From positions 224,001 through 288,000 of the forward strand of contig CP084166.1 in assembly GCA_021513695.1 (NCBI GenBank): DNA of 64,000 nucleotides, in the 5' to 3' direction. Shown here piece by piece: positions 8,886-18,741 of this stretch. The DNA is from Candidatus Heimdallarchaeum aukensis (GTDB taxonomy: Archaea; Asgardarchaeota; Heimdallarchaeia; Heimdallarchaeales; Heimdallarchaeaceae). Each line of letters starts with the position of its first letter. The first letter of the stretch is position 1. A program made the translations under genes and the position numbers. The notes below the pieces were generated by a model. It saw nothing but the letters and a program-made list of their open reading frames with translations, searched no databases and was not told where the DNA came from.

Positions 8886-10922
8886 TTACTCAAAATAAAC
8901 TTCTTTGATCTTTGTATCAATATATTCTTTTATTTCTTCATATTCCAATATATCTTCATGAGGATACTCTAATAGCTTTTTTTCAATCAAGACGGCTATT
9001 TCTTCAGTCTTTTTCTTTAGTGCATACGAAAAACGGTCTACGAATAAAGCAATTGTAAATTCACTTTTTCCTAATAAAAGCATTATATATTCAGAGTGTT
9101 CCAAAATTCTTAGCTCTCCTTTCTTTAGTTTTAGAGTTTTGCTTATATTTTTTATAGCATTAATCATTCCAACAATAAGCAACTCATCAGAATGGAAAAT
9201 ATCTCCATAAGAGTAACTATAGAAAGGAACATTTTCAACAATTAATAAGAAATGAAAAAGATGGAAGTTATTTCTACTGCTTCTAATCTCTGAAGTGAGT
9301 AATCCCTTTGTAGTGTATTGTTTTATTAGATTATCTATTTCTAAAGAAAAATCCATAGAAAAGGGAGTTTGTTCGAATTCTGAGTTTGCTTTTGCCTTCT
9401 TTAGTAGTTGATAGATTTGTCTAATATTCTCTTCTTTATAATTTAAATTATGCTTTTTACATATTATTTCCACTCTTTTTAGCAAATCTTCTGAAAGGTG
9501 AAGTTTGTTTGTATATATGTAAACTGTTGCTAATAGCAACATATAATTTACTAATTGATAAAAGGCATTAAGTTCTTTCAATAGAATAATTATTTCTTGA
9601 GAATATAACTCGATTTCCTCTAATATTTTTTGCTTATTAATTTTATTAGTCTCGATTTTAAACATTACAAGATATAATTCAATCAAGTAAAGAAGAGCAT
9701 TTAATGCTTGGGGAAAAAGGTTCAATTCTCTGGCATAATTTATTCCTTTTAGTAAATAATCTCTGGATGAATAGTAATTCATTTTATAAAATTCAAAAAT
9801 GCCTTTAGTTGTAATATAGGTAGTATAATAAGCGTTAAGTTTAGGCTCATCTAATTTAAATGTCTTTGAATATTTTTCTAAATACAATCCTGCTTTATCA
9901 AAATTGTTAGATATAGCGTATGTCTCTGCTGCTAAAGGATAAATATAATCAAGAGCAATATTGTATTGTTCACTAATTTTAATAGCCTGTTCTAGAAATT
10001 TAAGGGATTCAGGAATGTTATTTAACAGTCTGTAAGCATAGATTATTTCTGCATTTATCATGGCTATATTTCTTAATTCTTTCTTTTTTTCCATAAAAAT
10101 AAGAATGTTAAATAAGTGTTTTAAACCCTCTTTGAAAAATCCTTGTTTGAGCAAAACTACTGCATAATTTGCTTTAGCAACTATTTTTCCTCTTTCAATT
10201 TTTTCAGAACTGAATAATTTAATTGCCTCTGCATAGGCAACCTTACTTTCTATTATTGATCCAGAATAAAGAAGGCAATTTCCTTGCATATTTAGTAAAT
10301 ATGCGTGCAAGTAAACATCTGAAATATCATGTTTTAGGATTTTTTGTAATGCTTTCTCTGAAATGTAAATTCCTTTAATATATTGATGTTTCATGTAGTT
10401 GAACAAGGTTTCTGTATAAAGATACATTATTTCGTAAAATCTACAAAGTTTTTTATCTTTTTCAAATTCACTAACTTGGTCCAATATCTCTAATGCTTTA
10501 TTCAAATATTCTTCTGCTTGCTCAAGTTCGTTTATAACAGAATAGTATTCTACTACATGAAGAAAAAAATCAAAAAGATAGATAATTTGAGTATTGATTT
10601 TACCTTTATCCAGTTTTTCTATTATTTCTTCGATTTTTGGATAATCTCCTTGTATTGCTACAATACGCGAAAAAGAAGCAAAAATTTCAAAAGATTTAAA
10701 CTTCAGATAAAACTCTGATAATTTTTCTCTATCATCATAAATTAATAGAATTTTAGCAATTAAAGCTTGATAATCTGAAGGAACTGAAGAAGATAGAATT
10801 TCATCCCAATACTTTAGGATTGTATTGTAGAAATCAAAATAAGTGTTAAACAACTTTGGATGCATTTTTCCATGTAAGAAATCTTCTTCTAAAAACCTCT
10901 CATATCGCTTTATTTGCATCAT
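8886..10922 (-). CDS. TPR-like repeat protein with C-terminal longin/roadblock-like domain
   Basis: 678 aa with helical repeats. The C-terminal ~100 aa read FLLIVENVPFYSYSYG..ELLIVGMINAIKNISKTL..LRILEHSEYIMLLLGKSEFTIALFVD. It is a tandem paralog of 11047..13095. Confidence 0.6.
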   Translation of the reverse strand: MMQIKRYERFLEEDFLHGKMHPKLFNTYFDFYNTILKYWDEILSSSVPSDYQALIAKILLIYDDREKLSEFYLKFKSFEIFASFSRIVAIQGDYPKIEEIIEKLDKGKINTQIIYLFDFFLHVVEYYSVINELEQAEEYLNKALEILDQVSEFEKDKKLCRFYEIMYLYTETLFNYMKHQYIKGIYISEKALQKILKHDISDVYLHAYLLNMQGNCLLYSGSIIESKVAYAEAIKLFSSEKIERGKIVAKANYAVVLLKQGFFKEGLKHLFNILIFMEKKKELRNIAMINAEIIYAYRLLNNIPESLKFLEQAIKISEQYNIALDYIYPLAAETYAISNNFDKAGLYLEKYSKTFKLDEPKLNAYYTTYITTKGIFEFYKMNYYSSRDYLLKGINYARELNLFPQALNALLYLIELYLVMFKIETNKINKQKILEEIELYSQEIIILLKELNAFYQLVNYMLLLATVYIYTNKLHLSEDLLKRVEIICKKHNLNYKEENIRQIYQLLKKAKANSEFEQTPFSMDFSLEIDNLIKQYTTKGLLTSEIRSSRNNFHLFHFLLIVENVPFYSYSYGDIFHSDELLIVGMINAIKNISKTLKLKKGELRILEHSEYIMLLLGKSEFTIALFVDRFSYALKKKTEEIAVLIEKKLLEYPHEDILEYEEIKEYIDTKIKEVYFE

Positions 10923-11046
10923 TTTATTTCATTATTACTTTATCATAGTATATCTCAAGAGTCGTTAAAAGTTTATCTGATTTTCAAAAATTGATTGATT
11001 CTCGGCGACTCAAAAATAATAAAATAGCTAGAGTTCAAAAGAATAA

Positions 11047-13095
11047 CTACTTTTCAAATATTTCAATTCTTAAATTATCTATTTCTTGTTTTATAGGAGT
11101 TAAAATCTTATTGGTAAAATAGTCAATCTGCAAAACTTCTGTTTGTTGCAATAAACTCTCAATTTTGTTAGCAAATTGAATCAAACGTTCTTTTACAGAA
11201 TAATAGAACTCATCAATGAAGAGAACAACTGAATATTTCTTTCGTTTTTCAATCATTACTATAAAATCAGTAAACTCGATAAGCTTAAAGATTCCATGTT
11301 TTTTTGTCAGAGAGTCACTGAACGATTCAATAGCTTTGAATAATCCAGATAGAAGAAGTTGTTTTTCTTCAATTTTTTCTCCTTTAAATTGATGTGAATA
11401 TAATGGTAAACCGTTAAAGTGAATAATTATTAGATTTATTAGGTGATCTTTGTTATATAAATTGAGGTTTACTTCTATGTTCCTAATTTCTGTAGAAGGT
11501 TTCTGTAATGTTTTTGTTATACTATTCAAACTGAATATTTGAAGAGCTTTATCATCTAACTTTTCAGGATTCTGTTCCATTTTTTTCAGTGTTTGCATTT
11601 CACGTAAAATTTCTTTAAGTTGAGTATTCATATTGTAGTTTTTACATAACTCTACAGTTAAAGAGTAAATATGGTTCGCAAGATCGAATTTCTCCTGAAG
11701 TGCATAAATCCTAGCTAAAAGTAATTGAAAATCTATTTTTAAGTAAATGTTGCTGTGTTTTCGTAATATTAGGGATATCTCTTCGCAAATTTCCTCTAAT
11801 TCACTTATAATTTCTTCAGAATACTGTATTTGTAATTTCTTAATCAAGTAAATTGAATGATATTTCAGTCCAGTTAGATAAAGGGGAAAATTTTTGATAC
11901 TTTTAGCTATTTCTATTCCTTTTTCCAGGAAAATAGATGCATTGTATAAATTTCCTCTTATTAATTCGTAATATCCCTTTAAAGAATAAAATGCACCATT
12001 ATGGAAACTGATGTTTTCTTTATCTTTTAAGATAATATTTTCAAATGTTTTCAAAAGTTTTTCAACAATATCAAATTTTTGAATTTGTATTGCGAACTCG
12101 ATTGATGATATTAATACTTCGTCGTCATAGACTAATCTTGTTTCTAAGAGTTTTATATTTTCTTTAAGATATTCTACTGCTTTTTCTGTTTTACCAATTT
12201 CTATTAGGCATTGCATAATCTCTCTATTTATTAAAGCTACATTTCTCAACTCATTGTTTTCAGAGAAAAATTCTTTGATTTTTATTAACTTAGGTAGAGC
12301 TTCTTTATGTTTTCCGAGTTTGATATCTAAAGAAGCTATATTTCCTTCTGTTACAATTTTTCCTCGATTATTATTCATTTCATTAAACAAATTAAATGAT
12401 TTATAGTAATTTGACTTCGATTGTTTAAGCAACCCTTTAAACATGTAAGCGTTACCTAGAGTGTTGTAAGTAACTGCTAAAAGAAATTCATCTGTTTTTT
12501 CAATATTTTCTAATATTTTTTTGGCTTCACTAAAGTAAAAAATAGCTTTATCTGACTCTCGATATCTAAAAACAGTGAAACCCAGAGTATAGAATAAATT
12601 TGCTTGAAGAAAAAGAAACAATTGACCTTCACTCTTATTTAAGAGAAGTTTGCATTGTGAAATTAGCTGAGAAGCTAATTCATTATTGAAAGTTGTAGCA
12701 AATATTTTTATTTCAGAGTTGTAGAAGTAAAATCTAGGAAAAATTGAAGATTTAGAAATAGATGCTAGATCAGTTTCTGCAATATATGTTTGTGCTTTAA
12801 TTAATCCTCTTTTTAATCGTAATATGTTGAGTAAAGGGCCTAAAGTTTCGATTGAATTATATTTTTTATAAAGAAATTCTAATTTATCATATTCTCCATA
12901 CATATTAAACAAATAACTAATTAAAAATTGAACATCAGGGGGTATGAAAATGTCTCTTATCTTTTTCCAATAATTTTGAACATTTCTGTAAAGATTAAAC
13001 TCTTTCACTTCTGTTATAGTTTTTAACTTTAGATATTTTTTTATCCAATTTTGATCATCAGAGTTTAATAACTGTAAATACCAATCCAAAACCAT
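11047..13095 (-). CDS. TPR-like repeat protein with C-terminal longin/roadblock-like domain (tandem paralog)
   Basis: 682 aa. It shares the blocks RGKIV, ELRN[IV]A[ML]IN and the C-terminal LIIIHFNGLPLYSHQF..LLLSGLFKAIESFSDSL..FKLIEFTDFIVMIEKRKKYSVVLFID with 8886..10922. Confidence 0.6.
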   Translation of the reverse strand: MVLDWYLQLLNSDDQNWIKKYLKLKTITEVKEFNLYRNVQNYWKKIRDIFIPPDVQFLISYLFNMYGEYDKLEFLYKKYNSIETLGPLLNILRLKRGLIKAQTYIAETDLASISKSSIFPRFYFYNSEIKIFATTFNNELASQLISQCKLLLNKSEGQLFLFLQANLFYTLGFTVFRYRESDKAIFYFSEAKKILENIEKTDEFLLAVTYNTLGNAYMFKGLLKQSKSNYYKSFNLFNEMNNNRGKIVTEGNIASLDIKLGKHKEALPKLIKIKEFFSENNELRNVALINREIMQCLIEIGKTEKAVEYLKENIKLLETRLVYDDEVLISSIEFAIQIQKFDIVEKLLKTFENIILKDKENISFHNGAFYSLKGYYELIRGNLYNASIFLEKGIEIAKSIKNFPLYLTGLKYHSIYLIKKLQIQYSEEIISELEEICEEISLILRKHSNIYLKIDFQLLLARIYALQEKFDLANHIYSLTVELCKNYNMNTQLKEILREMQTLKKMEQNPEKLDDKALQIFSLNSITKTLQKPSTEIRNIEVNLNLYNKDHLINLIIIHFNGLPLYSHQFKGEKIEEKQLLLSGLFKAIESFSDSLTKKHGIFKLIEFTDFIVMIEKRKKYSVVLFIDEFYYSVKERLIQFANKIESLLQQTEVLQIDYFTNKILTPIKQEIDNLRIEIFEK

Positions 13096-13104
13096 ATTTT
13101 TCCC

Positions 13105-13800
13105 CTAAGTATATCTATCTTTAGGTCTCCTTTCTGGTATCATTTCAATTTCTTGATTTTTTGTGAAATCATAATCTTTCTTAAAGAATAGAGCACAATA
13201 GCATCTTCCATATTCATTGATATCTTCTTCTGCATAATCACAAGGACAACAAATATCTCTATCAAGCTGAATATTTTCGTTTGTATCTCGACAAGGACAA
13301 TTAAAATAACCTATTCTATTATAATTATCTTTTAGTCCTTGTATTAACATGTCTAAAGTTCCATCGTTATTTGGATGTAACTTCCAATTCTTCTTTTTAG
13401 CTATATTCTGAACATATTTCTTTACTTCTTCAAAAGTTTTTGACTTTTTACTTCTTCCAATACCATGAAAGAGTTTCTCCCATTTCTTTTTGTTAAATCC
13501 CATTTCATATTTTTCTCCGTCAATAACTACGAATGGAAAAGCTATAAACTCCAAATTAAAAGCATGTCTTATTTCTTTTTTGATCTCTTTTTTTTCATTA
13601 TAGTTTATTAGATCTATATCGATAAAATAGTAAGAAATTTTATTATCTTTTAGCCAATTTTTACTTTTTTTACACCATTGACATGTAGAGATAGCAAAGA
13701 GAAAAACTTCAAAATCAGTTGTTGAATCTTCAAATAGCTCTAAATTATAGTTTGGCAAACTCTTAATTTTTTTTGCTATCTTTAAGTTTAGTTTCTCCAT
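13105..13800 (-). CDS. glutaredoxin-like / ferredoxin-thioredoxin-reductase catalytic-subunit-like fusion protein
   Basis: The N-terminal Grx/Trx-like part has CQWC and FPFVVIDG. The C-terminal part reads CPCR-x15-CCPC-x14-CYCALFF, matching the FTR catalytic-chain CPC..CPC..CHC pattern with H replaced by Y. Confidence 0.7.
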   Translation of the reverse strand: MEKLNLKIAKKIKSLPNYNLELFEDSTTDFEVFLFAISTCQWCKKSKNWLKDNKISYYFIDIDLINYNEKKEIKKEIRHAFNLEFIAFPFVVIDGEKYEMGFNKKKWEKLFHGIGRSKKSKTFEEVKKYVQNIAKKKNWKLHPNNDGTLDMLIQGLKDNYNRIGYFNCPCRDTNENIQLDRDICCPCDYAEEDINEYGRCYCALFFKKDYDFTKNQEIEMIPERRPKDRYT

Positions 13801-13875
13801 AGTATCACTTATTCGTCAATATTATACTAACTGTGTTGATTAATAATAAATGTTCTTCTACTATCAATCCAATAA

Positions 13876-14427
13876 TTATAAAGTATTTAAAAAGGCTATT
13901 TCATTGAAATTCTTTCTTGGAGGTCTATTTTTTTCAGAGTTTGCATCCTTTTCTGATAATACTTCAGTATAATTCTCATTATGTCTTCCCACTATAATTA
14001 ATGTAATAATTCTGTATTCTTGGGGAATATTCAATACATTTTTAGCTTCTTCTTCGTTAAACCCAGCTATTGGATGGGCAACAAGTCCCATTTCTGTTAA
14101 ACGTAGGATAATATTTGCTGTTGCCATTCCTGTATCAAAAAGATAGTATTCTCTTCCTTTAACTATACAATCTAAATCTGGTTTAGAGAAAACAGCAATT
14201 ACCATTGAAGCTTTTTTCGCCCAAGCATTTGCTTCAGATAAAGTAGAAAAGATTTTTTCCAGATTTTCTTTCCCGTAAACAAAGACAAATCTCCAAGGTT
14301 GTTTGTTAAAACAAGAAGGAGCTAAACTTGCTAATTCAACCAATTCCTTTATCATTTCTTCTTTTACTTCAAAGGGAAGTAATGATCTGTATGCTCTCCT
14401 TTTATTAACTATTTCATAAAAATTCAT
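13876..14427 (-). CDS. nitroreductase family protein
   Basis: RRAYRSL..APSCFNKQPWRFVFV is a typical nitroreductase N-terminus. 183 aa. It abuts bcp with no gap. Confidence 0.8.
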   Translation of the reverse strand: MNFYEIVNKRRAYRSLLPFEVKEEMIKELVELASLAPSCFNKQPWRFVFVYGKENLEKIFSTLSEANAWAKKASMVIAVFSKPDLDCIVKGREYYLFDTGMATANIILRLTEMGLVAHPIAGFNEEEAKNVLNIPQEYRIITLIIVGRHNENYTEVLSEKDANSEKNRPPRKNFNEIAFLNTL

Positions 14428-14904
14428 TTAATCACCTTTTATATTTAAAATTGTAGACAAAACATCCATAGAATGCTCTTTAACTTTTACTTTTTCCCAT
14501 ATCTTAGCAACTTTTCCTTCAGGAGAAATAAGGAAGGTCTTTCTAGCTGTACCAAAAAACTTCTTCGGTCCCATTTTCTTCTTAACCCAACAACCATAAG
14601 CTTCAATTATTTCATGGTTTTCATCGCTTAGTAAAATTACTTTTAGATCCTTTTTCTCTTCAAATTTCTTAAGTTTACTAATTGGGTCATTACTTATCCC
14701 AAAAATTATGGCATCTCTTTTCTTGAATTCTTCAATTTGTTCAGAGAATGTTTTTGCTTCAATTGTACATCCTGGAGTATTTGCTCTGGGGTAAAAATAA
14801 ACTACAACCCATTTTCCTAAATAGTCTTTTAGACAATGTTCTTTCCCATTTTGGTCCTTTAGACAAAAATCAATGGCTTTATCACCAACTTTTAAATTTG
14901 ACAT
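14428..14904 (-). CDS. bcp: peroxiredoxin, Bcp type
   Basis: The motif YFYPRANTPGCTIEA carries the peroxidatic Cys. 158 aa. Confidence 0.9.
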   Translation of the reverse strand: MSNLKVGDKAIDFCLKDQNGKEHCLKDYLGKWVVVYFYPRANTPGCTIEAKTFSEQIEEFKKRDAIIFGISNDPISKLKKFEEKKDLKVILLSDENHEIIEAYGCWVKKKMGPKKFFGTARKTFLISPEGKVAKIWEKVKVKEHSMDVLSTILNIKGD

Positions 14905-15006
14905 AATATCAAAGACTAGTTGTTTTTCAAATTATTTAAAAATGATGTTCTAACAAAAAAAATTTAGAAAGTTAGTTAAGAGAAAATTGAGAAAATTAAG
15001 AATTTT

Positions 15007-16023
15007 TTATCTGTGATATCCAACACCAATATCTTCTTTTACATCTAGATCAACAAAAATACATTCTTTCTTCTGTGGTACTGGATTAAGAGAATCTGCC
15101 ATCCAAAATTGATAATTTTTGAAGTTTGCAGCAGAAGCAACGTTTCCATCTTTATCCATTACCAAAATAGACAGAGTTCCTACATTAGGTTCCAAATTTT
15201 CAATCATTTTTATGGCATAAACAGCAGCTTCTTCTACATTTTTTCCTTTAGATAATTCATATACAGCTATTCTAGCGAGAGATAATCTGATGGCTATTTC
15301 TCCTACGCCTACACAAGCAGCTGCTCCATATCTGCTATCAGCATAATTCCCAGCACCAATTAAAGGAGAATCACCCGCTCTACCAGGAAACTTGAAAGAT
15401 AAACCACTAGTTGAAACTCCTGAGCAAATATTTCCATTAATATCTCGTGCAATAACATTGACTGTTCCATGTTTCTCTTTGGCATATTTTTCATACCAGG
15501 ACATTAAATCATTATTTTCGACCATTTTCTTGAAAGATTTAAAATATCTCTCTTTAAGTTTCATAGTTTTCTCGTTGTCGTAAGGATAAGTCTCGATCTT
15601 TTTCTTTTTTAAGAAATCATTGTATATAGCTTTGGCATTTTCTGTAAGTAATTCTGATTGAGGGAATCCAATAACATCTGCGAACAAATCAGCAAATTCC
15701 CCAACTAAAAGAACATGTGGGGTTAATTCTAATACTTTTCTTGCAATTGAAATGGGATTTTTGTGTTTTCTAACTCCTGCAACCGCTCCAGCTTTTAAGG
15801 TAGTTCCATCCATTATAGAGGCATCTAGTTCCACTTCACCTAGTAAATTGGCTAATCCTCCAATACCAACTGTCCAGTCATCCAAATTGTCTTCAACAAT
15901 CTTTATTGTCTCTTCTACAGCATCTATTGCCTTATTTCCTTGTAACAAAAGCTCAATCCCTTTAGGTAAACCAACATCAGAACGAATCGTTCCTGCAATA
16001 ACAGCTCTTTCCAATTTAATCAA
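15007..16023 (-). CDS. Ntn-hydrolase isoaspartyl peptidase / L-asparaginase (Asparaginase_2, taspase-like)
   Basis: The autoprocessing-site region reads KHGTVNVIARD, followed by GRAGDSPLIGAGNYAD. Confidence 0.85.
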   Translation of the reverse strand: MIKLERAVIAGTIRSDVGLPKGIELLLQGNKAIDAVEETIKIVEDNLDDWTVGIGGLANLLGEVELDASIMDGTTLKAGAVAGVRKHKNPISIARKVLELTPHVLLVGEFADLFADVIGFPQSELLTENAKAIYNDFLKKKKIETYPYDNEKTMKLKERYFKSFKKMVENNDLMSWYEKYAKEKHGTVNVIARDINGNICSGVSTSGLSFKFPGRAGDSPLIGAGNYADSRYGAAACVGVGEIAIRLSLARIAVYELSKGKNVEEAAVYAIKMIENLEPNVGTLSILVMDKDGNVASAANFKNYQFWMADSLNPVPQKKECIFVDLDVKEDIGVGYHR

Positions 16024-16126
16024 TTGAGAGTTCAGCTGGAATTAAAAAGATTTACTATTTGGAATCAGAAGATGAAGTCTTAAGCTATTTAATAGTAGAA
16101 AAACATGTGGATAAAGAAAAGAAAAA

Positions 16127-16990
16127 TTATTTTTTATCTACAAAATTTATGGTTAAGATATTAATTATACCTTTTTCAACTAAATTAGCTAAGATTGCGA
16201 TATATTCACTAAAAGAAAAATTATACTTTAGTTCATTGTATATTAGTAATATGTTGTTTTTATCATTGTTTTTACACTTTTCAATAATAGAAGCTAGATT
16301 TCGACTTTCAACAGTATCAAGGTCATTAAAAATCTCTCCAAATTCAGTGTCTTCTTTTATAGTTTGAGGAATTGAGCAAATACTATTTATTATTAATTCA
16401 AGAGCAAGTTTATCGCTCAAGTTCATCTCGTTCGTTACCTTATCATCTAAAAATTTTAGTACAAGTTCTAAAGCTTTGACATCAATATAGGTTGCTTTAG
16501 AGTAAGCTTCTTCAATTCCAGTTAACCATTTTTTAACTTGTTTTTTCTGAACTTCTTTTTCTGTTAATATTTGAATTTCAAGGAATTGGTCATCAATAAT
16601 TATTTTATCTAAGTCGTTTTTTTTAGTTTGATCAAAAACAAATATCTTATTTCTAATTTTATCGTTTATTTGGAAATAATCAATGTTTCTGATTCTAATA
16701 AGATGATCAGTAATGATTTCAATTTTCGATCTCTCTACTTTTTGAGGAGAAGGAAGAGGAAGTCCAGGAATACTAGATTCATCATTTTCCTTTTTTACTG
16801 GAATCTGTGTCCTTACATTTAAATCAGAATCCACATGAAGTAGAATAGCATTTTCCTTATTACCTTTGCATTTGTGAACATCAATAATATCCATTAAACC
16901 TCTCGTATCTACATTAAAATTTATATTTTCAGGAAGACCCATTATTCTTTGTTTTAAGCAGATGTTACATTGATATTCTATCTTCTTCAT
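16127..16990 (-). CDS. hypothetical CxxC..HxC protein, paralog family A
   Basis: IEYQCNICLKQRI..DVHKCKG, GLPLPS and a C-terminal ILANLVEKGIINIL. It is a paralog of 3162..4112. Confidence 0.6.
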   Translation of the reverse strand: MKKIEYQCNICLKQRIMGLPENINFNVDTRGLMDIIDVHKCKGNKENAILLHVDSDLNVRTQIPVKKENDESSIPGLPLPSPQKVERSKIEIITDHLIRIRNIDYFQINDKIRNKIFVFDQTKKNDLDKIIIDDQFLEIQILTEKEVQKKQVKKWLTGIEEAYSKATYIDVKALELVLKFLDDKVTNEMNLSDKLALELIINSICSIPQTIKEDTEFGEIFNDLDTVESRNLASIIEKCKNNDKNNILLIYNELKYNFSFSEYIAILANLVEKGIINILTINFVDKK

Positions 16991-17153
16991 TCAAACTCTA
17001 CCATTAAATTATATATTTATTTTATTCATGAAGGAATTAATTAATATTTTGGTTTTTTCTTTTAAAATTTCTTAGAGATAAAATTATATTTTAAAAAGTA
17101 ATCTTAAATTATGGCTTAAAACCTTTCTAGTTTAAACTTTTTTGTAATTTAAA

Positions 17154-18062
17154 TTAAGTTGGAATTTTATCAATTATTTTTTTCATTGTTTGTGTAAATT
17201 CGTATACACCAGGTTTGATATGAAAGTAATCATATGTTGGAACAGTTAATGTTTTACAGTTTGGAATAATCTCTTCTAATTTCTTTGACTCTTGATAATT
17301 GTGATATTTATCATGTTCTGTTAATATTAAGAAAACAGGGCTTTTAATACCTTTAAAGTCGTTTGTAGCATCCCACTTCCTAACTTGATTACAGTTTTTC
17401 CACTTTTCGATATTGATTTTTTCAACTCTCTGGTAATAAACTTCTTTCTGAAAACCTTCAGACACTTTGTTCCTTAAATACATTCTACCTATTTTTTTGC
17501 CTAACCAATTTACAATATTTTTAGGAAGAATTAGTGCTAATGTGATCAAAAAACCAGGCGCTCTAGGTTTTCTAGCAGGACTTGCAAAAAAGCAACACTT
17601 TGGCTCAATTTTTTCTTGAGTTATACAATGAGCAATGTATGTTGCTCCTACACTCGAACCGAAAAATACTATGTTCTTTTCTTCAATTTGGTAATGTTTA
17701 ATGATCTCTGCTATATCTTTTGCCATTCTCTGAACAGAACATTCTGAATCTTTTTGTAAATTGATAGTGTCTTTATCTCTAGGATCAATAACAAGTAAGT
17801 TGTATACTTCAGCTATAGCATCCCAAAGATCTGTCCATGTTTCTTTTTCAGAACCAAAACCTTGAATAAAGACAAAAGTGGTTCTATTAGTATTCTTATT
17901 TTTATTAGAATAAATGCAATAAATATCTAGGTTGTCAGAAACAGTAACATATTCTTTTTTTGCTTCATTAATGAATTTCCAATCGAACTTGTATTTTGAT
18001 TCAAAGTCGTTTTTAGGCATAAAAATGATTGTGAAAAACTTGTATAAAAAGTAATCCATCAT
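17154..18062 (-). CDS. alpha/beta hydrolase
   Basis: Nucleophile elbow FFGSSVGA (GxSxG) and a C-terminal IKSPVFLILTEHD. It is a distant paralog of 21917..22798. Confidence 0.7.
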   Translation of the reverse strand: MMDYFLYKFFTIIFMPKNDFESKYKFDWKFINEAKKEYVTVSDNLDIYCIYSNKNKNTNRTTFVFIQGFGSEKETWTDLWDAIAEVYNLLVIDPRDKDTINLQKDSECSVQRMAKDIAEIIKHYQIEEKNIVFFGSSVGATYIAHCITQEKIEPKCCFFASPARKPRAPGFLITLALILPKNIVNWLGKKIGRMYLRNKVSEGFQKEVYYQRVEKINIEKWKNCNQVRKWDATNDFKGIKSPVFLILTEHDKYHNYQESKKLEEIIPNCKTLTVPTYDYFHIKPGVYEFTQTMKKIIDKIPT

Positions 18063-18127
18063 AAATGGAATTTATAGGCCTTTAAACAAATAAATATACA
18101 AATTCGTGAAAATAAATTTATGTTGTT

Positions 18128-18219
18128 TCATAGGTTAATTTCAGTTTTATTCATTGTTAATCACATACCCTCGTAACCCACTTTCTATATTTTTGTTACC
18201 TATTTTTCTTGAGTAAACA
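18128..18219 (-). mobile_element. truncated left-end remnant of the IS481-family element found intact at 37789..38799
   Basis: The reverse complement is collinear, without indels, with IS positions 37789 to about 37880. It shares TGTTTACTC, then a 35-nt block at 33/35 identity (ggtaacaaa.a.atagaaagtgggttacgagggta), and an ATG at the same +65 offset. Similarity decays about 25 nt into the ORF. Confidence 0.7.
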
Positions 18220-18259
18220 AGATAGAACAGAGCCTTAAATGTTAAAAAAAAGAGAAGGC

Positions 18260-18730
18260 TTACTCTCCAAGAATTTTTGTTTTAAGATTAGCCATTTCAA
18301 TTGCTGAAAGAGCAGCATCTACTCCTTTATTTCCCATTTTTGTTCCTGCTCGCTCTATTGCTTGTTCTAGTGTATCAGTTGTTAATATTCCGTAACTTAT
18401 TGGTACATCTAGGTTCAATGATGCTTTAGCAACTCCTTTTGATACTTCACTGGCTACGTAATCAAAATGTGGCGTTGCACCTCTAATAACTGCCCCCAGA
18501 GCTATTATTGCATCATATTTTTTCTTTTCGCCCATTATTTTGAGAGTATAAGGTATTTCAAAAGCTCCTGGAGTCCATACTACATCTATATCTTCATTCT
18601 CGACTTCATGTCGTATTAATGTATCTATGGCTCCTTTTAGCAATTTACTTGTAATTAGTTCATTAAACCTACTTACAACTATTCCGATCTTTAAATTTTT
18701 TCCTGTTTGTTTTCCTTCAAAAATTTTCAT
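18260..18730 (-). CDS. ribH: 6,7-dimethyl-8-ribityllumazine synthase
   Basis: 156 aa with a typical RibH sequence ([23 protein letters not shown]). Confidence 0.95.
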   Translation of the reverse strand: MKIFEGKQTGKNLKIGIVVSRFNELITSKLLKGAIDTLIRHEVENEDIDVVWTPGAFEIPYTLKIMGEKKKYDAIIALGAVIRGATPHFDYVASEVSKGVAKASLNLDVPISYGILTTDTLEQAIERAGTKMGNKGVDAALSAIEMANLKTKILGE

Positions 18731-18741
18731 TTATACTCCTC

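Noticed and set aside
16059-16367. 102-aa + strand ORF upstream of and overlapping 16127..16990
   Set aside because: It is mostly antisense to the better-supported paralog-family gene. No motif or promoter context supports it.
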